Virus record (IMG/VR): IMGVR_UViG_3300030294_000005
Span: 1 to 64,000 of that record
Strand: one strand, 5' to 3'
Length of the DNA stretch: 64,000 bases
The notes under the pieces are model-generated. The model did no database searches and was not told the DNA's origin. It was given only the letters and a program-made list of their open reading frames with translations. Positions 58,219 through 64,000 of this stretch are shown here, one piece after another (the stretch's first letter is position 1; every line of letters begins with the position of its first letter). The translations under genes were made by a program, and so were the position numbers.

Positions 58219-58710
58219 ATGAAAATAATATTAGTTAAAGAAGAAAATGGTCTTTTATATGAAGTTGCAAAGATTGTCTATAAGAATAAACCTACAGGAT
58301 TTATCTTTAAACCTTCAACTCAGTTAGATATAATTGGTAAAATGATAACTGATGAAACTGATAAAGATAAGCAAGATATTATAATAAGAGATTTTAGTTA
58401 TATTAAAAATTTATTTAGTCCATTATTAGAAAAAAATAATGAGATTATTAAAAAGGATGAAAATGAAACTAGAATAAAAATAATTAATAGATATCTAGCA
58501 ATGATGGCTTGTAGATATGGTTTAACAATTATTGATTTGAATAAAGATGGAAGATATTATGAGTTACATAAAAGATACATATATAGAAGAGTTAAACCAT
58601 TTACTAGGCCAGCTATGATGCATGAAAATCTATCATATCCTATATCTGCATTAAATGAATGTATTAAAAAAAATAATGAAGCTTTTTTTGGCACTAAAAA
58701 AGTTAAATAA
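58219..58710 (+). CDS. Paralogue family B, copy 1
   Basis: Shared ~120 aa MKIILVKE..GFLYEV..IVYK.KP.GF.FK domain. Confidence 0.75.
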   Translation: MKIILVKEENGLLYEVAKIVYKNKPTGFIFKPSTQLDIIGKMITDETDKDKQDIIIRDFSYIKNLFSPLLEKNNEIIKKDENETRIKIINRYLAMMACRYGLTIIDLNKDGRYYELHKRYIYRRVKPFTRPAMMHENLSYPISALNECIKKNNEAFFGTKKVK

Positions 58711-58724
58711 GGGAGATATGTAAA

Positions 58725-59120
58725 ATGAAAATAATATTAGTTAAAGAAAAAGAAGACGGCTTTTTCTATGAAGTTGTAAAAGTTATTTATAGAAAAAAGG
58801 CTATAGGATTCACTTTTAAAGTTTCAACTAAATTAAATATATTTGGTAGAATGATAGCAGATGAGACTGATAAAGATAAGCAAAATGAAATAATAAATGA
58901 TTTTAATAATATTAAAGATATCTTTTATTCCCATATTGGAGAAGATATAGATATTGGTGAAGAAAATAAAAGTATGAAGGAAATTATTAATACATACTTA
59001 ACAAAAATAACTACTAAGTATGGTTTAATACTTATTGATTTTAAAAAAGATAAAGATTTTTATCAATGTTATAAAAAAGGTATATATAAAAGAGTTGAAC
59101 CAATTACTCAAAAAATCTAA
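58725..59120 (+). CDS. Paralogue family B, copy 2
   Basis: Core domain only. Confidence 0.75.
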   Translation: MKIILVKEKEDGFFYEVVKVIYRKKAIGFTFKVSTKLNIFGRMIADETDKDKQNEIINDFNNIKDIFYSHIGEDIDIGEENKSMKEIINTYLTKITTKYGLILIDFKKDKDFYQCYKKGIYKRVEPITQKI

Positions 59121-59146
59121 ATAAAGATCTAAGGGAGCATATAAAA

Positions 59147-59755
59147 ATGAAAATAATATTAGTTAAAGAAACAGAAAATGGATTCTTACATGAAGTAGTA
59201 AAGGTTGTTTATAAAGACTATCCTTCTAAATTTACTTTTAGAGGCGTGGTTCAATTACAGATAGTTGGAAAGATGATAGCTAATGAAACTGATAAAAATA
59301 AACAAAATATAATAATATCAGATTTTAGTAATATTCAAGATATACTAGGATTTTATTTAGGAAGGGATTATGATTATGATAATATCAATTCTAATAAAAA
59401 TATTAATAGAGAAGATTTGATAAGAACATATTTAGCAATGATAGCTAGTAAATATGGATTATCATTAATTGATTTGAAAAAAGATAAAGATCTTTATGAA
59501 TTATATAAAGAAGGAATTTATATAAAGAAGCAATTTAATAATGATAATAAAGGTATTAGAGATAATTTAATACCAAAATTAATATTTAGTTATAGAGTTG
59601 GTGGTATTCCAATAATGAATATTGAATATGATAAAGAAACATCGCAACGCCCTATACCTGTTTCAGCATTTGCTAATGCAAAAGAATTAGTTTATACTAT
59701 AAATCCAATTACTGGACAAAAAGCTTATTTTGCTATTAAAAATAAATCTAAATAA
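59147..59755 (+). CDS. Paralogue family B, copy 3
   Basis: Core domain plus unique C-terminus. Confidence 0.75.
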   Translation: MKIILVKETENGFLHEVVKVVYKDYPSKFTFRGVVQLQIVGKMIANETDKNKQNIIISDFSNIQDILGFYLGRDYDYDNINSNKNINREDLIRTYLAMIASKYGLSLIDLKKDKDLYELYKEGIYIKKQFNNDNKGIRDNLIPKLIFSYRVGGIPIMNIEYDKETSQRPIPVSAFANAKELVYTINPITGQKAYFAIKNKSK

Positions 59756-59775
59756 AAATTAAGGAGATATGTAAA

Positions 59776-60492
59776 ATGAAAATAATATTAGTTAAAGAAA
59801 AAGAAGATGGTTTTTTATATGAAGTTGCAAGGATTGTCTATAAAAATAAGCCTGTAGGATTTACTTTTAAACCTTCAACTCAATTAGATGTGATTGGTAA
59901 AATGATAACTGATGAAATTGATAAAGATAAACAAAATGATATAATAGGTGACTTTAGTTGTATTAAAGATCTATTTTATTCATATTTAGGAGATGATTAT
60001 GAGATTAATAGTGAGTTTGCAAATGAGAATAGAATGCAAACAATTAGGATGTATCTATCAGTAATAGCTAATAAATATAATTTAATAATTATTGATTTGA
60101 AAAAAGATAAAGATTTTTATGAATTATATAAAAAAGGTATATATAGAAAAATTAAAACTAAACCAGTCGATTTACCCAAAGATAAGGAAGTTAAAACAAA
60201 TGCAATAAATTTAATAGATAAACTAATCACTCGCAGTCCTAAAATGGGAGGAGACCCTAGTTATACGTCAGTTAGTCTTAAGCATATACAACCACCTTTA
60301 CCAGAATATTTGATGTATAAAAAACAAGATAAAATAATAGATGATTTTATAGAAAAGGTAATAACTAGTATATATTCTTATGCAGGAATACCACCATCAT
60401 TACTTGATAATCCTATAAAACAAGATATAGTAAGTATATCAAAAAATGATATAGTTTTAGCAATGACTAAAGCTTATAAAAATGAAAATTAA
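59776..60492 (+). CDS. Paralogue family B, copy 4
   Basis: Core domain plus C-terminus shared with copy 5 (IYSYAGIP). Confidence 0.75.
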   Translation: MKIILVKEKEDGFLYEVARIVYKNKPVGFTFKPSTQLDVIGKMITDEIDKDKQNDIIGDFSCIKDLFYSYLGDDYEINSEFANENRMQTIRMYLSVIANKYNLIIIDLKKDKDFYELYKKGIYRKIKTKPVDLPKDKEVKTNAINLIDKLITRSPKMGGDPSYTSVSLKHIQPPLPEYLMYKKQDKIIDDFIEKVITSIYSYAGIPPSLLDNPIKQDIVSISKNDIVLAMTKAYKNEN

Positions 60493-60506
60493 GGGAGATA
60501 TGTAAA

Positions 60507-61226
60507 ATGAAATTAATATTAGTTAAAGAAAAAGAAGATGGTTTTTTATATGAAACTGCAAAGATTGTCTATAAGAATAAACCTATAGGTTTTGTTTTTA
60601 AAGTTTCAATTGAATTAAGTGTTGTAGGAAGAATGATAGCAGATGAAATTAATAAAACTAATCAAACTAGAATAATAGATGATTTTAATTATATTAAAGA
60701 TGTATTACATGATTATTCAAAAACAGATGATGGTGATATAATTATTGGAAATATTAGAACTCTTATAATTACTAGGTATTTGGAATTTATAGCTAATAAA
60801 TATGGATTAGTATTGATTAATTTAAACAAAGATAAAAAAATCTATCAATTATATAAAAAAGGTATATATAAAAAAGGCAAGATTAATCCAATTGATTGTT
60901 TTAAAGATGAAGAAGTTAGAAAAAATACAGTAGATTTAATAAATAAGAAAGTTATTCGTAATCCTAAAATAGAAACTGGGCCTAGTTATATTAGTAAAAT
61001 AGATCCCGCTTCTATATTATCAACTAATCTTAAGTATATACAACCTTCACTTGAGCACATGTATGAAAATACTAATCTTTCAGATGATATGATTAAGAAT
61101 ATATATTCTTATATTGGAATACCTCAACCAATACTTGATGATATTAAAAAAGGGAAGGATTATTCATATTCTATTGATACACTTTCAGATGAAATAAAAC
61201 AATGTATAACAAATTTACCACAATGA
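60507..61226 (+). CDS. Paralogue family B, copy 5
   Basis: Core domain plus C-terminus (IYSYIGIP). Confidence 0.75.
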   Translation: MKLILVKEKEDGFLYETAKIVYKNKPIGFVFKVSIELSVVGRMIADEINKTNQTRIIDDFNYIKDVLHDYSKTDDGDIIIGNIRTLIITRYLEFIANKYGLVLINLNKDKKIYQLYKKGIYKKGKINPIDCFKDEEVRKNTVDLINKKVIRNPKIETGPSYISKIDPASILSTNLKYIQPSLEHMYENTNLSDDMIKNIYSYIGIPQPILDDIKKGKDYSYSIDTLSDEIKQCITNLPQ

Positions 61227-61235
61227 AAATGTAAT

Positions 61236-61484
61236 ATGCTCTCAGTAATGATTAAAAATTATAAAGATATTATTAAAAATGAAAATAATATAAACTCTGA
61301 CGAATCTAGTGGTGAGCAAGGGACCTATTCTGTAAGTAATAAAATAGAACCTGATACTAATTATATTAGTAAAAAAGATTTTATTAATACATCAATTAAT
61401 CTTAAACCTGCACAAGATCCTAATCATGGTATTTACAAAGGTGATAAATTTTTAGAACCAGATAAGAATAATAAAAAAGAATAG
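61236..61484 (+). CDS. Hypothetical protein, possible remnant of a family B C-terminus
   Basis: NYISK.....INLK resembles SYISK.....TNLK of copy 5. Confidence 0.4.
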   Translation: MLSVMIKNYKDIIKNENNINSDESSGEQGTYSVSNKIEPDTNYISKKDFINTSINLKPAQDPNHGIYKGDKFLEPDKNNKKE

Positions 61485-61508
61485 TTTGTACCATTTTACT
61501 TTTATTTA

Positions 61509-61520
61509 AACATATCTATA
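61509..61520 (+). promoter_or_regulatory. Late promoter AACA-N6-TA
   Basis: AACA-TATCTA-TA. Confidence 0.55.
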
Positions 61521-61535
61521 ATAATATAGATAGGA

Positions 61536-62462
61536 GTGATTAATGTGAAAATAACTTTAGGTGACAAATATTATAAAGCAGATGAAGAAGGTAATATAGA
61601 AATAATAAGAGTTCAAAAAATAAAAACAGGTTCGATTATTGTATTGGATGATAAAAAAGAAAGACATTCTATATCAGAAATTGAGCTTGATGATTATACA
61701 AGATTAAAACCAGATGCATATATAACTTTTAGTATTGTAACTTTGGAACAAAATATGAGAGATATTATTGTTAGTATGCATAGAAGAAAAGATATTGATG
61801 AGGGTATTGAAGCACCATATGCCGCTTGTAGACAAAATATATTAGATATATTTGCAAATCAAATTGTTAAAAATGATACGTATTATATTGGATGTAGTAT
61901 GAGTAAAGATACATGTCCTTCTGATGTTGATTTTGGTATTATCATTGCCTGTAATTCTATACATAAAATGTATATGGTTTCAGCATATATAGATGATAGA
62001 TTAACTGATTGGTTGGATATTGTACCTTCAAAACAATTTGATACTGTTCTTGTAAATATTTTTGGAAACATAGCTAATGCTAATTTACAAGGATATTCTA
62101 AAACTTTAAAAGAGTTATTAGAAGTTAATTGCTTTATGTATGATTTTCATAAAGGATTTAATATAGATCAAGTTCCATTTAATATAAAATATAACGAAGA
62201 TACATTTGAATTAGACTTTAAACAAACTAAATACTTAGAAGACTTATATAAAGTTGAAATAAGTAGAACGTATGTTGCTAAGTTTACTAAAGAAATAAGT
62301 TTATCAAAAATAAAAAGATATTATGTTTTAATAAATGATATGAATGATAATTTATTTGTAATAGCTTATGATATGGGTAAGTATATAAATAGAACGTTCA
62401 AAGAAAATTTAGTTAATAAAAAAGATTTGGTTGAACTCTTAAAATATAAAATGAGAAAATAG
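61536..62462 (+). CDS. Conserved hypothetical protein
   Basis: AGGAG RBS; late promoter. Confidence 0.6.
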   Translation: MINVKITLGDKYYKADEEGNIEIIRVQKIKTGSIIVLDDKKERHSISEIELDDYTRLKPDAYITFSIVTLEQNMRDIIVSMHRRKDIDEGIEAPYAACRQNILDIFANQIVKNDTYYIGCSMSKDTCPSDVDFGIIIACNSIHKMYMVSAYIDDRLTDWLDIVPSKQFDTVLVNIFGNIANANLQGYSKTLKELLEVNCFMYDFHKGFNIDQVPFNIKYNEDTFELDFKQTKYLEDLYKVEISRTYVAKFTKEISLSKIKRYYVLINDMNDNLFVIAYDMGKYINRTFKENLVNKKDLVELLKYKMRK

Positions 62463-62500
62463 ATTAATGAGTATATTATTATATTAGGAGGTGATTATTA

Positions 62501-63406
62501 ATGAGTAGACAAGTGGTTATTGACTACGATGATGATAAAAAATGCAGAAGAGGTATATATGGAGAATGGGAATTAATAAAAGAATATTGTAATGATAGAG
62601 CTAATGATGGTTCTATATTATCTAAATACAAATGTAAAATATGTAATAATATTATATTTGTAACTAAGCATAGAATGGATAAATCAAGACATGTATGCAA
62701 AATATGTACTGAAAATTATTATAAATATAACTTTATAGGAAAAACATATAATAGATTAACTATTATAAAGTATGCATATACTGATAAAGATAGTAATCAT
62801 TATTATTATTGTAAATGCTCATGTAATAATCTAATGCTAGAAACTCCAATTAGATTATCTCATTTAAAAGATGAAGATATACAATCATGTGGATGTATAA
62901 GATTAGAAAAGATTAAAGAAAAATTAACAACACATGGATTATCTAATACTAGATTATATAGTATATATGATGCAATGATACGAAGATGCTATGATATTAA
63001 TAATCCAAATTATTATAGATATGGGAAAAGAGGAATTTATGTATGTAATGAATGGTTAGAAGATGATGGATTAAATAATTTTTATAATTGGGCTATTGAA
63101 AATGGCTATAGAGATGACTTGACTATAGATAGAATGGATAATGATGAAATATATGCTCCTTGGAATTGTAGATGGGCAACAAAGATTGAACAAGCAAATA
63201 ATAGAAGTAGTTGCACTTCTATAAATATAATGGGAACCAATTATACTAAAACCGAAATTTCTAGAAAATATAGTATAAATAAATATATATTAAATAAGCA
63301 TATTAATAATGGTGAGCGAATAGAAGATTTAGTAAATGCTATATGTAAATTAAAAATACCTATATCAATTAATACTAAACAAAAAGTTATCAGTTTTTAC
63401 AAGTAA
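62501..63406 (+). CDS. Free-standing HNH-type homing endonuclease
   Basis: HGLSNTRLY, TIDRMDN..IYAPWNCRWAT..EQANN; paralogue of 128-955. Confidence 0.8.
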   Translation: MSRQVVIDYDDDKKCRRGIYGEWELIKEYCNDRANDGSILSKYKCKICNNIIFVTKHRMDKSRHVCKICTENYYKYNFIGKTYNRLTIIKYAYTDKDSNHYYYCKCSCNNLMLETPIRLSHLKDEDIQSCGCIRLEKIKEKLTTHGLSNTRLYSIYDAMIRRCYDINNPNYYRYGKRGIYVCNEWLEDDGLNNFYNWAIENGYRDDLTIDRMDNDEIYAPWNCRWATKIEQANNRSSCTSINIMGTNYTKTEISRKYSINKYILNKHINNGERIEDLVNAICKLKIPISINTKQKVISFYK

Positions 63407-63539
63407 TATTAAATGTCATTAATGTGTATAATTATAAAATATTTTATAAAGTAAATAAAATTATAATTATATATTATTATAATGAAAACAATAATATATT
63501 ACCAATAATAATATATTATTAGAAAAGTACTAAGACAGA

Positions 63540-63551
63540 AACATTAGTATA
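63540..63551 (+). promoter_or_regulatory. Late promoter AACA-N6-TA (an early-type motif also lies at ~63465)
   Basis: AACA-TTAGTA-TA. Confidence 0.55.
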
Positions 63552-63579
63552 ATAATAAAAAAAGGGAGAGATTAAAATT

Positions 63580-64000
63580 ATGCAAAATCAAAACCAAGCT
63601 CAAGCACAGAAAACAACAACAACACCAGCCCAGGAGGAACCATTAAGTTTAGATGTAGAACCAATCAAATTTGATGGGCTAATTAAATCAAAATTAATCA
63701 CAACTATAGGTATTGGAAAATTAGTTTGGGAATTATTTAAACCAGTATTCCCAGAGTATGAAGGATGCATTATTCAGCCAGATCAATATGGCCAGTTACA
63801 AATAACTTTATACTTTAAAGATAAAGGAAAATTAACTGATACTAATGCACTTAAGGCTGTCACTCCTATTGGATTGAATCAGCATAGTAGTAGTGCTTAT
63901 GAAAAAATTGCAGCAATTAATCAGAGATTTTCTGCTAGTAAATTTGAACTTACTAAAGATGCCAAGGAAATTCTTGGAGAGTTTTATTGGGTAAGAAACA
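63580..64000 (+). CDS. 5' part of a conserved hypothetical protein (runs off the window)
   Basis: AGGGAG RBS; MQNQNQAQAQKTTTTPAQEEPLSLDVEPIKFDG..., open to the window end. Confidence 0.7.
   Translation, partial: MQNQNQAQAQKTTTTPAQEEPLSLDVEPIKFDGLIKSKLITTIGIGKLVWELFKPVFPEYEGCIIQPDQYGQLQITLYFKDKGKLTDTNALKAVTPIGLNQHSSSAYEKIAAINQRFSASKFELTKDAKEILGEFYWVRN

Noticed and set aside
1-64000. Stop-codon reassignment (as in some gut jumbo phages)
   Set aside because: Core genes are full length in code 11, and TAG/TGA end genes at sensible places, often followed by terminators.
1-64000. tRNA/rRNA genes
   Set aside because: No cloverleaf with T-loop GTTCRA and acceptor stem, and no rRNA-like GC-rich segment, found by eye; tRNAscan was not run.
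63580-64000. Chimallin (phage nucleus shell) assignment
   Set aside because: No recognisable similarity in the visible 140 aa; the AR9-like features argue against assuming a nucleus.

Overview
A very AT-rich (roughly three-quarters A+T by eye), gene-dense 64 kb segment of a jumbo myophage of the phiKZ/AR9 (PBS1-like) supergroup. The host is probably a low-GC Firmicute, inferred from strong AGGAG Shine-Dalgarno sites and Clostridium-like accessory domains; the standard genetic code is used. Core genes present: prohead protease, major capsid protein, internal head proteins, SF2 helicase, GroEL-like chaperonin, TOPRIM primase, gp25- and gp26-like tail/baseplate proteins, an ATPase-only terminase paralogue and dCTP deaminase. 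Two transcription genes are each split by a group I intron that the ORF track misses: the virion RNAP beta'-N subunit (GGDY|DGD, intron with HNH) and a probable non-virion RNAP sigma-like subunit (ORF-less intron). Two promoter classes are visible: TATATTAT early and AAC(A/T)-N6-TA late (AR9-type). Main highlights: (1) a head-packaging code, an N-terminal MG[IV]Y peptide plus [ILVM]xE|S-type protease sites, that marks GNAT, kinase, NlpC/P60 and nuclease domains as likely ejected effectors, including a 1.2 kaa polyprotein; (2) a short [VPI]I[RKST]F motif at the termini of many DNA-acting proteins; (3) an intron with a non-canonical splice junction (omega-A, or a 5' site after G); (4) an array of 8 signal-less WG-repeat proteins in repeated terminator-promoter cassettes; (5) a candidate -1 frameshift; (6) circumstantial evidence for uracil-containing DNA. 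All family assignments come from motif recognition only; no searches were run.
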